Notes: a model not told the origin generated them from the sequence alone. A stretch of DNA of 32,000 bases from Candidatus Iainarchaeum sp. (GCA_037441475.1 JBBISB010000001.1:246418-278417), one strand, 5' to 3'; shown: positions 8,001 to 16,886, counted from the stretch's first letter. Made by a program: numbers and translations.

Positions 8001-9371
8001 TTAGTCCTTAAAAGAATCATAAAGGTTATTTATCTTAGAAACAACTTTATCTTGTAAAGATTCTGTATTTTTGTTCAGATCAATTTTGTTTTTCTTAAAC
8101 TCATCTAAAAGATCTATGATTGTTTCATAGGAGTAACCTTTTGAAATTAAGATAAAATAAACCTTATCTTTTGTTAAAGTATCTTTGTAAGGAAGAAAGG
8201 AATTGTATAAGGTTTTTAACATATCCTCATGACTTTCCTTAAGCTCAGAGACATGATGTATCTTATGTACAATCTCAGAAGAGATACTTCTTTCTTCTTC
8301 CTTTGATTGTTTCATTTTAAATTTAATGTTTCTATAATAATCCCAATCAGAGGAATTTATTTTTTCTATAGTCTCTTGAACATCTTTTATCTCATCAATA
8401 TTTTTTTTAAGATCAAGAATCTTTTGGTCAATCTCTTTTATTTGTTTATAAAGAAGGACGATGTTGTCTATAGTTTGACTTACTTCTTCATAAGAGGTTT
8501 TTTCAGTAGTGTTTACAAACTCCTCATTTGCTTGCATAACTAGATCCTTAAGCCCAAAAACACTTACTTGTTTATTATCTAAGATAGATATAACGTCTTG
8601 CTTTCTAATACCTCTTCTTGTTAAAGCAGTAACTGTTTTTTTAATAATGTTTCTTTTTTCTTCTCTCATTTTAAAGAAATCAGAAAGAATATCTTCTTCT
8701 TTTTTTATGCTTTTTTTATTTTCTGTTAATTGCTTTTTATTAATGTTTACAAGGTTTAAGTAAAAGTTTGTTGGAAGCTTTGAGATTAAAACACTTTCAA
8801 AAAGAAAAATTAAAAAGATTATTAAAGAGACTGCAATTGGGAAAAACTTAGTTTCCTTTATAAAGATAAAAAAATCTACTTTTGTTAAAATAAGATAAAC
8901 AATAACAGAGATTAATACTCCTGATAATATTAGGATGTTTTTTGTAAAACTAATGTTTTTAAGTATTAAGTATACCTTTACAGCTGACTCTTTTGTAAAC
9001 CCAACAGTTTTTTGTATAATGTCAATGGACTTTTCTTTTTCAGAAAGATTAAGGTTATAAAAAACCTCTTTAAACCTTCTAACCATTTTTTCAATATTCT
9101 TTTCAGAATCATCAATGTTTATTTTTGTAAGAACTTTTGCAAGATCATTTGGTCTGTTTATGAAGCTATAAAAGAAAGAAGTTGTTTTTGTTGAAAAAAT
9201 ACCAATTAAAAATAAAATACCTAAAATAACTAAGGAAATTATAAAAGAGATGTTGCTTGAAGAACTTTTAAAAACTTCAAAAAAATAAAGTACAGAAAAG
9301 ATTAATGAAGTTAACAAAACACTTAAGATCCAGAAGAAAAATCTACTTTCAAGCCTGTAAGAATAACCCAT
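8001..9371 (-). CDS. Uncharacterised 4-TM membrane protein with C-terminal coiled coil and small helical modules (intact paralogue)
   Basis: 2+2 TM helices are separated by a soluble loop. A conserved 'LPTNFYLNLVNINK' follows TM4. A long K/E/I-rich coiled coil comes next, and the C-terminus is 'LYNSFLPYKD..ISKGYSYETIIDLLDEFKKNKI..VVSKINNLYDSFKD'. It is clearly paralogous to 21603-23019. Confidence 0.75.
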   Translation of the reverse strand: MGYSYRLESRFFFWILSVLLTSLIFSVLYFFEVFKSSSSNISFIISLVILGILFLIGIFSTKTTSFFYSFINRPNDLAKVLTKINIDDSEKNIEKMVRRFKEVFYNLNLSEKEKSIDIIQKTVGFTKESAVKVYLILKNISFTKNILILSGVLISVIVYLILTKVDFFIFIKETKFFPIAVSLIIFLIFLFESVLISKLPTNFYLNLVNINKKQLTENKKSIKKEEDILSDFFKMREEKRNIIKKTVTALTRRGIRKQDVISILDNKQVSVFGLKDLVMQANEEFVNTTEKTSYEEVSQTIDNIVLLYKQIKEIDQKILDLKKNIDEIKDVQETIEKINSSDWDYYRNIKFKMKQSKEEERSISSEIVHKIHHVSELKESHEDMLKTLYNSFLPYKDTLTKDKVYFILISKGYSYETIIDLLDEFKKNKIDLNKNTESLQDKVVSKINNLYDSFKD

Positions 9372-9436
9372 ATCTATTATATATAAGCAGATTAAATTTA
9401 TAAAGCTTTATTATTTATATAAAAAAAAGAAAAAAG

Positions 9437-9511
9437 TGGGAATGGCAGGATTCGAACCTGCGACCTTTGGTGTATAAGACCAATGCTCTAACCAGGCTAA
9501 GCTACACTCCC
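9437..9511 (-). tRNA. tRNA-Ile (anticodon UAU)
   Basis: Manual cloverleaf: GGGAGTG TA GCTT AGCCTGGTTA GAGC A TTGGT CT-TAT-AC ACCAA AGGTC GCAGG TTCGAAT CCTGC CATTCCC A. All four stems pair and no CCA is encoded. Confidence 0.85.
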
Positions 9512-9536
9512 AAATTGTTTTTTAAAAAAAGATAAT

Positions 9537-9881
9537 CTATTCTACAACATCTTTAGACATTTGATTCTCTGTATTAACAATAATGTCCTCTAAAACTTCC
9601 TTAAACTCTCCAAATCTTCCAAGATTCAAGCGTAAAGATTTTTTAAACTCAGAAGAATATAAGTTTTCAAACAAATAAACCTTTCCTTCATAAAGAGAAT
9701 CAATGGATGCATCCCATAAAGTTAGATAAACAGTTCCAGTATCATCTCCTATTAAAACCTCACAAACCCTATGTTCAATTTCATCAAGTCTTGAGACAAC
9801 TTTTCTTAAAGGAGTTTTTAAAATAACCTTACATGTCAGAGTTATTTTTTTTTGAAACTGTCTTATATCTTTAACCTTCAT
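9537..9881 (-). CDS. Single OB-fold ssDNA-binding (short RPA/SSB-like) protein
   Basis: 'HRVCEVLIGDDTGTVYLTLWDASIDSLYEGKVYLFENLYSSEFKKSLRLNLGRFGE' matches the short archaeal OB-fold pattern (v.e.lvGDeTG.i.ltlWd......eGd.v.i.ngy...f.g.l.LnvGr.G). Confidence 0.65.
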   Translation of the reverse strand: MKVKDIRQFQKKITLTCKVILKTPLRKVVSRLDEIEHRVCEVLIGDDTGTVYLTLWDASIDSLYEGKVYLFENLYSSEFKKSLRLNLGRFGEFKEVLEDIIVNTENQMSKDVVE

Positions 9882-9987
9882 ATCTTTTTCAAAATTTTTA
9901 ATTTATAACTTTTTAAAATTTACAAGTTATAAATATTTATTAAATGTAAGTGTTTATATATTTTTCTTTTTTAAAGAAATCTAACCA

Positions 9988-11610
9988 CTACATAAAGTTA
10001 CCAGGCATACCTGGCATACCTGCTCCTTTATTCTTTGAAGATGCTGCAATAATGTCATCTATCCTTAAAATCATTTCAACAACCTCAAAAGAAGAGTTAA
10101 TGATTTGTGTCTTAAGGTTAAGTGGTTCAATAACATTTAAGTCCTTCATATCAGATATCTTGCTTTTAATAACATCTACACCAAAGTTCTTGTTATTGAT
10201 ATCTTGGTGTATGCTTCTTAAAGAAACAAGGGTATCAATTGCATCAAGACCTGAACTTTCAGCTAAGATCTTAGGAATAATCTCTAAGACGTCTGCAAAA
10301 GATTCAATTGCAAGTTGTTCTCTTCCACCAATTGTTTTTGCATAACTTTTAAGTCTTAAGGAAACTTCAATCTCACAAGCTCCTCCACCAGCAACATACT
10401 TTCCTGACTTTAAAGAGGAAAGGACAGCACCTATTGCATCAGTAATTGTTCTTTCAGTCTCTGATAAGACTTGCTCTGATGAACCTCTTAAAAGAATAGT
10501 TACTGTGCCTGTGTTTTTAGGATTTTCAATAAATAACATATTCTCTCCAGCTATTCTTTTTTCATAAACTTTACCAAAGAAACCTAAATCAGTTTCAAAA
10601 AAATCATTTATTCTTGTAATTATTTTTGCTCCAGATGCTTTTGCTAAAATCTCAATATCAGATTGTTTTACTCTCTTTATAGCAGAAATACCTGCTTTAG
10701 ATAAATAATGTTCAGCCAAGTCATCTATTCCTTTTTGACAGAAAACAATGTTTGCTTTTGAAAGTTTTATTTTTTCAACCATTTTCTTTAACTGTTCTTC
10801 CTCTTGTTCAATGAATGCTTGTAATTGATCTGGAGAGGTTATCTGTATCTTAGTGTCATTTTCAGGTTCTCTAATCTCTAAAGCTGTATTTAAGATAGCA
10901 ATTTTACAGTTCTCTAAGGACTTTGGCATTTCAGGATGAACAATCTCTTTATCAAGAACAATACCATCTATTATTTTTGTTTCAGAAACAGATGCACCTA
11001 GTTTTTTTTCAATTCTGATTTTATCTCTTTGAGCGTCTTTATAGTTTTTTTCATTTAAAACCATTAAGATAGCTTCAACAACTGCTTTTGATAAAAAGGT
11101 ACAATAATCTGAGGCCTTTCCTGTCATTGATGTTTTTGCAATACTTAAAAGAAGATCTTTATCTTTTAAAGAAATATCTTCTGATATCTCTTCATAAAAG
11201 GAGATTGCTTTTTCAGAGGCCATTTTATATCCTCTTATAATGATTGAAGGATGTATGTTTTCATTAAGTAAGTTTTCAGCTTTTGAAACAAGTTCACCTG
11301 CTATTATTACACTTGAAGTGGTACCATCTCCTACCTCATCATCCTGTGTTTTTGCAAGTTCAACAAACATCTTACCGATAGGGTGTTCTATTGACATTTC
11401 CTTTAAGATAGTTGCTCCATCATTACTTATTGTTACATCTCCCATCTCATCAACAAGCATTTTATCCATTCCTCTAGGACCTAATGTTGATTTAATTGAG
11501 TTAGCTACTGCTTTTGCAACAAGTATGTTGATTTTTTGAGCATCTTTACCTCTCTCTCTTCTTGTTCCTTCGCTAAACATTGCGTTATTTTGTGTTTGAG
11601 AATCTGCCAT
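9988..11610 (-). CDS. ths: Thermosome subunit (group II chaperonin)
   Basis: '[30 protein letters not shown]', '[10 protein letters not shown]', 'GGGA.E' and a C-terminal '[12 protein letters not shown]' tail. The start is set at the ATG at 11610, preceded by AGGTGAT; the listed ORF begins 9 nt upstream at a GTG. Confidence 0.95.
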   Translation of the reverse strand: MADSQTQNNAMFSEGTRRERGKDAQKINILVAKAVANSIKSTLGPRGMDKMLVDEMGDVTISNDGATILKEMSIEHPIGKMFVELAKTQDDEVGDGTTSSVIIAGELVSKAENLLNENIHPSIIIRGYKMASEKAISFYEEISEDISLKDKDLLLSIAKTSMTGKASDYCTFLSKAVVEAILMVLNEKNYKDAQRDKIRIEKKLGASVSETKIIDGIVLDKEIVHPEMPKSLENCKIAILNTALEIREPENDTKIQITSPDQLQAFIEQEEEQLKKMVEKIKLSKANIVFCQKGIDDLAEHYLSKAGISAIKRVKQSDIEILAKASGAKIITRINDFFETDLGFFGKVYEKRIAGENMLFIENPKNTGTVTILLRGSSEQVLSETERTITDAIGAVLSSLKSGKYVAGGGACEIEVSLRLKSYAKTIGGREQLAIESFADVLEIIPKILAESSGLDAIDTLVSLRSIHQDINNKNFGVDVIKSKISDMKDLNVIEPLNLKTQIINSSFEVVEMILRIDDIIAASSKNKGAGMPGMPGNFM

Positions 11611-11711
11611 AAATATCACCTTCGTTTATAGGTTTTTTTTTAAATATAAAAAAACTAAAAAATAAAAAAAAACTATTAGTTATTTTTAAAAATAACTAAC
11701 AGATATTAAAA

Positions 11712-12122
11712 TTACTCGTGAAATTTTCTTTCAACATCGTTTACTAAAACATCACAATCTGCTTTGATTTTTTCTAAAGCCTTTATGATTCTTATTTTTT
11801 CAAGCTCAATTGTTTGTATATTTTCAAAAGTCTCTATTGATTGTTTAAACATACCATAATCAACATAGCTGTAATCAAACTCATTCATTTTTTTACAGAT
11901 AGTTGTAACTATTCTTCCTAAAAAAAGATTCATTTCTTTTTTAACAACAGACTTGATTTGTTTATTAGGATCAAGACTCTCTCTCATAAGTCTTACAACT
12001 CTTGCATTAGGGAAAGGTAATTTTTCATCATCTTCTAAGATTTCTTCTTCATCTAATATTACTGCTTCTTTATTTTCAAGAACTTCTTCTTGTTTTGCAT
12101 GTTTTTTTTCAATATCGCTCAT
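11712..12122 (-). CDS. Divergent histone-fold (CBF/NF-Y/archaeal-histone-like) protein with acidic N-terminal and helical C-terminal extensions
   Basis: 'KLPFPNARVVRLMRESLDPNKQIKSVVKKEMNLFLGRIVTTICKKMNEFDYSYVDYGMFKQSIETF' fits alpha1-L1-alpha2-L2-alpha3 of the histone fold (compare 'ELPIAPIGRIIKDAG..'). N-terminus is 'EEEILEDDEK'. An SD-like AGGGG lies upstream. Confidence 0.6.
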   Translation of the reverse strand: MSDIEKKHAKQEEVLENKEAVILDEEEILEDDEKLPFPNARVVRLMRESLDPNKQIKSVVKKEMNLFLGRIVTTICKKMNEFDYSYVDYGMFKQSIETFENIQTIELEKIRIIKALEKIKADCDVLVNDVERKFHE

Positions 12123-12301
12123 ATATTCTAAACCCCTTTAAAATTATGTAATTATTACTATATATTATATATTACAAAGTATTTAAATAGATTATTATTA
12201 GGGGAAAAACACCTTTAAAATAGCTTATAAAAAAGAGAGATTTATTAAGAAAAAAAGTATTGTTTAAAAAGTAAAAATAAGAAGAAAAAAGAGGGAAAGA
12301 C

Positions 12302-12475
12302 TTAATAGTCAGAATCACTATCGTCTGAATCGTCATCCCATTCATCATCAATTGATACTTCTTCATCTTGAGAATCTAATTGATCTTGTTTTTTCTTTTT
12401 AGGATCTTCGTCATAATCAAACTCTGAAAAATCATAGTCTGAATCGCATTTTAAAACATCTTGTATATTATTCAT
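12302..12475 (-). CDS. Small, extremely acidic protein (57 aa), not in the ORF track
   Basis: My translation: MNNIQDVLKCDSDYDFSEFDYDEDPKKKKQDQLDSQDEEVSIDDEWDDDSDDSDSDY*. GGTGAT lies 6 nt upstream of the ATG. It falls below the track's apparent 60-aa cutoff. Confidence 0.45.
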   Translation of the reverse strand: MNNIQDVLKCDSDYDFSEFDYDEDPKKKKQDQLDSQDEEVSIDDEWDDDSDDSDSDY

Positions 12476-12515
12476 AAATTAATCACCCTAAATTATAGAA
12501 AATAGATAATACCAG

Positions 12516-12590
12516 TGGGAATGGCAGGATTCGAACCTGCGACCTCTCGATTATCAGTCGAGTGCTCCAACCAGACTAAGCTACACTCCC
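12516..12590 (-). tRNA. tRNA-Ile (anticodon GAU)
   Basis: GGGAGTG TA GCTT AGTCTGGTTG GAGC A CTCGA CT-GAT-AA TCGAG AGGTC GCAGG TTCGAAT CCTGC CATTCCC A. The cloverleaf is complete. Confidence 0.9.
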
Positions 12591-12730
12591 TTTATATATT
12601 ATTTATTAAAGAATAGTATATAAAAATATTTCTATTGTTAAATATTTAACTTGATAAAGAAATAAAAACCCTTCTTTTTTATAATTACATATAAAGTAAG
12701 AAGAAAATTTGTTTTTATTTTTTAAAAAAA

Positions 12731-12803
12731 AGTCCGATAGTGTAGTGGCCAAGCATACAAGGCTTTGAACCTTGTGACAGGAGTTCGAATCTCCTTCGGA
12801 CTA
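12731..12803 (+). tRNA. tRNA-Gln (anticodon UUG)
   Basis: AGTCCGA TA GTGTAGTGGCCAAGCAT A CAAGG CT-TTG-AA CCTTG TGAC AGGAG TTCGAAT CTCCT TCGGACT A. It has the A1-U72 pair typical of archaeal tRNA-Gln and a T-run immediately downstream. Confidence 0.9.
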
Positions 12804-12844
12804 TTTTATTTTTTAAAATCATAAAGAAAAGATGTGACTTAAAA

Positions 12845-13042
12845 ATGGTTTTTGGATTATTTAAAAAGAAAGAAAAAAAAGAAGAGGTTCAAGATAAAAG
12901 AATAGACTTCTCTAATTCTAAGTATCCAGAAGAAACCTGCGCCCTATGTAGCCAGAAAGGCTGTGATAAAAAATGGGGTGGACAATACTGGCATAAGAAA
13001 TGTCTTAGGTCAACTAAAGGTATGACAAAAGGAATGATTTAA
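12845..13042 (+). CDS. Small Lys-rich protein with a CxxC-x4-C-x9-HxxC putative zinc site
   Basis: Listed 65-aa ORF containing 'CALCSQKGCDKKWGGQYWHKKC'. I recognise no homologue. Confidence 0.4.
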   Translation: MVFGLFKKKEKKEEVQDKRIDFSNSKYPEETCALCSQKGCDKKWGGQYWHKKCLRSTKGMTKGMI

Positions 13043-13092
13043 AAATTTCTTTTAATAAAAAAAAATAAGAGAAAAAGAAAAAAATCTTTTCT

Positions 13093-13581
13093 TTATCTAC
13101 TAAACAAATATCTTCTGATCTTGTCTTTAATGATGTTGATGTTATTTAAGTAAACATTTAAAGAAGTTTCAAGTCTGGATGCCTCAAGATTAAACTCTTT
13201 TGCACGTCCAGCTATTAAGTATTCTTCATCTTTTTGTTTTTCAATAACTTCAAGCTCTTTTCTAACAGCAATATATCTCTTAAGAGTCATACTATAATAA
13301 CTATAATTATCTATCATGTCACTATATAACTTTCTTGTAACATCATCCTTATAGATTTGTTTACCTTCAAACATAAATTTACCTTGCTGTCTTGTGCTTG
13401 AATTTTTACCTGAAAAAATATCTGTAATAACAACATAGTGTTGCTCAAGCCAGTCAATAGATTTTGATCTATAGTTTTTTTGTTCAATTTGATTTACTTT
13501 AGGTCTCTTTAATTCAGAGATTACTGACTCATCAATTTCTACAACTTCTGTAACTTTTGTTCTTTTAAATAGTTTAAACAT
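13093..13581 (-). CDS. Hypothetical protein
   Basis: 162-aa ORF with GGTGATGGGAG directly upstream of the ATG. It is the last gene of the gatD-gatE-...-HIT minus-strand string. No motif recognised. Confidence 0.6.
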   Translation of the reverse strand: MFKLFKRTKVTEVVEIDESVISELKRPKVNQIEQKNYRSKSIDWLEQHYVVITDIFSGKNSSTRQQGKFMFEGKQIYKDDVTRKLYSDMIDNYSYYSMTLKRYIAVRKELEVIEKQKDEEYLIAGRAKEFNLEASRLETSLNVYLNNINIIKDKIRRYLFSR

Positions 13582-13698
13582 CTCCCATCACCAAATACCC
13601 TTAAATAAAAATTTTATATATATAATGTATAAATATATTTAAAAACCAATTGCTACATATAAACTTTCTTAAAACAAAAAAATAGGCTAAAAAATGAA

Positions 13699-14211
13699 CT
13701 AAAGGTTGAACTTTGTTTTAAGTTTATGCTTCTGTATTAACTCTTTTAGATTCTCTGTAACTTCTTTAGGAGAGATTGAAACTACCTCAAAATTACAAAG
13801 TCTTGGCCATCCAACATCCCCTTTATACCTTGGAAGCACGTGAAAATGAAGGTGATTTATGCTCTCACCAGCAACATTACCTATGTTACATCCTATATTA
13901 TAACCTTCTGGTTTAATATAAAGGTCTAAAGCATAGACTGCAAGATCAATAAGGTTAAAAAATTCCTCTCTTTCCTTAGAGGTAAGCTCTATAATCTGGT
14001 TTACATGCCTTTTAGGAATTACAAGTAACTGCCCTGCTGCATAAGGATATTTATTAGTCTGAATATATGCTTTTTTTGTTGAAAAAATAACATCTTCTTT
14101 TTCTACATTACAAAAAACACATGTTTTTGGGTTATTACTATTCTTTTTATTTTCTGAAGAAAAATATTCCTTTCTCCAAGGTGCATATAAAATATCATGT
14201 TTGTAAGACAT
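13699..14211 (-). CDS. HIT-family nucleotide hydrolase/transferase
   Basis: Histidine triad 'INHLHFHVLPRY', N-terminal 'LYAPWRKEYF', and 'CVFC'. The start overlaps the upstream stop (TAATG). Confidence 0.85.
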   Translation of the reverse strand: MSYKHDILYAPWRKEYFSSENKKNSNNPKTCVFCNVEKEDVIFSTKKAYIQTNKYPYAAGQLLVIPKRHVNQIIELTSKEREEFFNLIDLAVYALDLYIKPEGYNIGCNIGNVAGESINHLHFHVLPRYKGDVGWPRLCNFEVVSISPKEVTENLKELIQKHKLKTKFNL

Positions 14212-14903
14212 TAATATCTACTCTTTAATTTTTCAAAAATATAGAAAAGTATGAAAGTAAATAACATTAATAAGAAATACTTTGTAAAAGTTAAAAATAT
14301 TAAATAAAGAACATACATACCGCTTGAGATACCATGCAAAAGATAATAACTCTTCATAAAGGCAAAGTAATTAATGGATAAAAGTAAGCTTTCAAGAAAA
14401 AATAAAGACAAAGAAAGATTAATTACAGACTTAAAGAAATTATTTAAAGAAACACTTATTCTTGAGGCCTCGTATGCAAATAAGAAATACACAAACAAGA
14501 AAACAATAATGAATAAGAAATTATACCAAAAATAATAACTTGTAAAATTAGAATAATAGACAACTAAAGCAGGAGCTATAGAAAAGACTGCAAGCTTTAT
14601 TAAGAAATTACAAAAAATTACAAAAACTAATATTGAAAATAGAAATAAAAGATAATCAAAATAACTATTAAAAGTAAGCTTCTCCTCAATCCTTTTTTTA
14701 AAAGTTTGTTTTGAGAGATTTTGTTGTAAGGAAACTTCTTTACTTAAAGATGTTTTTACAGGAAGTTTGTTTACAGAAGTTTTTTTTAGAGGAAGTTCTT
14801 TTTTTACAGGAAGAGTTTTTTTAAAAGAAGTTTTCTTTAAAGGAATTTCTTTTTTAAAAACAACTTTCTTTTTTGTAATAGGTTTCTTTTTAATAGCATC
14901 CAT
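14211..14903 (-). CDS. Membrane protein with Lys-rich tandem-repeat N-terminus
   Basis: The N-terminus has two ~17-aa repeats, 'EIPLKKTSFKKTLPVKK / ELPLKKTSVNKLPVKTS', followed by about five hydrophobic helices. Confidence 0.65.
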   Translation of the reverse strand: MDAIKKKPITKKKVVFKKEIPLKKTSFKKTLPVKKELPLKKTSVNKLPVKTSLSKEVSLQQNLSKQTFKKRIEEKLTFNSYFDYLLFLFSILVFVIFCNFLIKLAVFSIAPALVVYYSNFTSYYFWYNFLFIIVFLFVYFLFAYEASRISVSLNNFFKSVINLSLSLFFLESLLLSINYFAFMKSYYLLHGISSGMYVLYLIFLTFTKYFLLMLFTFILFYIFEKLKSRY

Positions 14904-14934
14904 ATATTCTCAATAATATATTAAACTGTTTTAT

Positions 14935-16866
14935 TTAAATAGATTTGTTTTTTTCTAAAAAATAATTTAACTGCTCTTTAAGGGAAAGAGAGATTACTTT
15001 TCCATCATATTTATTTTCTGTCTTTGCCATTACCCTACCCATTATAAGGCCTACAGCTCTCTCTCTTTGTTTTAAGACAGCATCTTTATTTTCTAAAATA
15101 ACCTCATTTATTATTTTCTTTAAGTCATCTAAAGAAACCTCTTCCTTTTTATTTTCTAAGATTATCTTAGAAAGCAAAAGTGGTTCTTTTACATACTCTA
15201 TGAAAATATCTAAAAGCTTATTTATAGATATTTTTTCAAATAAATCCTTAAAAGAAAAGAAGTTATACAAAAGAGAATCTGTGACATCATCTAAATCTAT
15301 TCTATCATCTCTTGAGGCCTTTATTAAATCTTCAAGTAAAAAGACAGCCAAGGTGGTTGGGTTAATTTTATGCTCGTTTACAATCTTTTCAAAAATAGGA
15401 GCATAGTTACTTAATACCATTTTTTCTGAAAGCTGAGAGCTTATCTTAAAAGTATCTAAATATAGTTTTCTTCTCTTTTCAATAGTTAAAGGAATTTCTT
15501 GTTTAGCTAAAGAAATAACATCCTCTGTAAGGGGTATAGGAGAAAGATCAGTCTCAGGATACATTCTTGAGGAAGTGGAAAGTGGTCTTTGATACTCTGT
15601 GTTACCTTCAGGAGTAGAAGCTCTTGTTTCTTTTAAAACTCCTAAGAATAATTTATTAAGCCTATCTTCAATAACACTTCTCACAGACTCAATCTCTGCT
15701 TCTGAAGAAAAGACTATTATGAAAGAGTCTTCTTCTTTTAAAGAAAAATTACTCTTGATTAAAGAAATCTCTTTATCTGTTATACCGTAGTTAGGGAGCT
15801 CATCTAAATGGAATAAACCCTTTAAAGAGGTCCTTACCTTTAAAACACTTGCAATCTCAGTTCCAAGTCTTCTGTTTGGTTGAATCTCTCTTCCTAAAAA
15901 ACCTTTAAAAGAAGGAAGTATGAAAAGATAAGCATGCTTTTTTTCTTTAAAAGCATTGTTTACAACCTTTGAGTATGTTTCTTTAAATAAAGAATCAACT
16001 TGGTTTGTGCTTAAAGAAAAATGTGTAATATTCTTTTCTAAAAGTTTGTTTTTAATATCAATTAAGTTAAGTTGACGAACAATTTCTCTATTTATAATTT
16101 CAGGAATTAAATCTAACTCCTGACAACCCTTAATCTCAACTCTTGCACCCTCTCTTATAGAGATGTTAATGTCTTGCCTTATAGATCCAAGTCCTCTTTT
16201 TGTTTTACCAGTAGACCTAAACAACTGTCCAAGAAACAAAGCAACTTTTTTAACATCCTCAGGAGTATGCATGTCATGCCATGCAACAAGCTCAATTAAT
16301 GGAAAACCTAATCTATCTAAAGAATAAATAACCTCATCCTCTTTTCTCTCTAAAGCCCTTGCAGCATCCTCCTCTAAAAGAATCTTGTCTATCCTCACTC
16401 TTCCAAAATCAAAATCTAAATAACCATCAGTTGAGATCATGGTAGTTCTCTGGAAACCAGAAACATTAGAACCATCTACAACCTGTTTTCTCATAATGTG
16501 AGAGGTATTAACAACAGTTGAGTTGGTTAGAAAAGAAATTACTAAAGCTATTCTTAGAGCCTCTTGGTTGATGTTAAAAGGAGGTTGAGAATCTGATTCT
16601 ACTAAACAATTACAGGAGTTATAAAAATAATATTTAAAAAGTTTATTTTTATTTTGTTCTTCCTTAGCTGTTAAATCAATAGAACCTGTTTCTGAAGATA
16701 CTGCTCTTAATCTTCTTTCAATTATTTTATCAGGCTTTGTTTCATCCTTAATAAGTTTTGAAGGACAGTTACAAAATAACTTGTTTGTGTTTAACTGTTG
16801 ATGAAGCTCAAGACCACACATAAGCCCAAGAGATTTATAATCAAGGTTATTAATATCAATTTTCAT
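14935..16866 (-). CDS. gatE: Glutamyl-tRNA(Gln) amidotransferase subunit E
   Basis: 'LGLMCGLELHQQLNTNKLFCNCPS' and full GatE length (643 aa), immediately downstream of gatD. Confidence 0.95.
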   Translation of the reverse strand: MKIDINNLDYKSLGLMCGLELHQQLNTNKLFCNCPSKLIKDETKPDKIIERRLRAVSSETGSIDLTAKEEQNKNKLFKYYFYNSCNCLVESDSQPPFNINQEALRIALVISFLTNSTVVNTSHIMRKQVVDGSNVSGFQRTTMISTDGYLDFDFGRVRIDKILLEEDAARALERKEDEVIYSLDRLGFPLIELVAWHDMHTPEDVKKVALFLGQLFRSTGKTKRGLGSIRQDINISIREGARVEIKGCQELDLIPEIINREIVRQLNLIDIKNKLLEKNITHFSLSTNQVDSLFKETYSKVVNNAFKEKKHAYLFILPSFKGFLGREIQPNRRLGTEIASVLKVRTSLKGLFHLDELPNYGITDKEISLIKSNFSLKEEDSFIIVFSSEAEIESVRSVIEDRLNKLFLGVLKETRASTPEGNTEYQRPLSTSSRMYPETDLSPIPLTEDVISLAKQEIPLTIEKRRKLYLDTFKISSQLSEKMVLSNYAPIFEKIVNEHKINPTTLAVFLLEDLIKASRDDRIDLDDVTDSLLYNFFSFKDLFEKISINKLLDIFIEYVKEPLLLSKIILENKKEEVSLDDLKKIINEVILENKDAVLKQRERAVGLIMGRVMAKTENKYDGKVISLSLKEQLNYFLEKNKSI

Positions 16867-16886
16867 ACATTACCATTTATATAATT

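Noticed and set aside
8307-9194. Plus-strand ORFs 8307-8543, 8509-8763 and 9012-9194
   Set aside because: They are antisense to the 456-aa membrane/coiled-coil gene, whose reality is supported by a paralogue. The products are F/L/I-rich mirror-frame sequences.
9950-11539. 131-aa and 99-aa plus-strand ORFs (9950-10345, 11240-11539) opposite the thermosome gene
   Set aside because: They are antisense to an unmistakable group II chaperonin. The sequences are compositionally odd with no recognisable motifs.
12172-12366. Listed 64-aa minus-strand ORF
   Set aside because: It overlaps the 3' part of the acidic 57-codon ORF in another frame and runs through the T/A-rich intergenic region upstream of the histone-fold gene. 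It has no SD-like motif and looks like frame noise.
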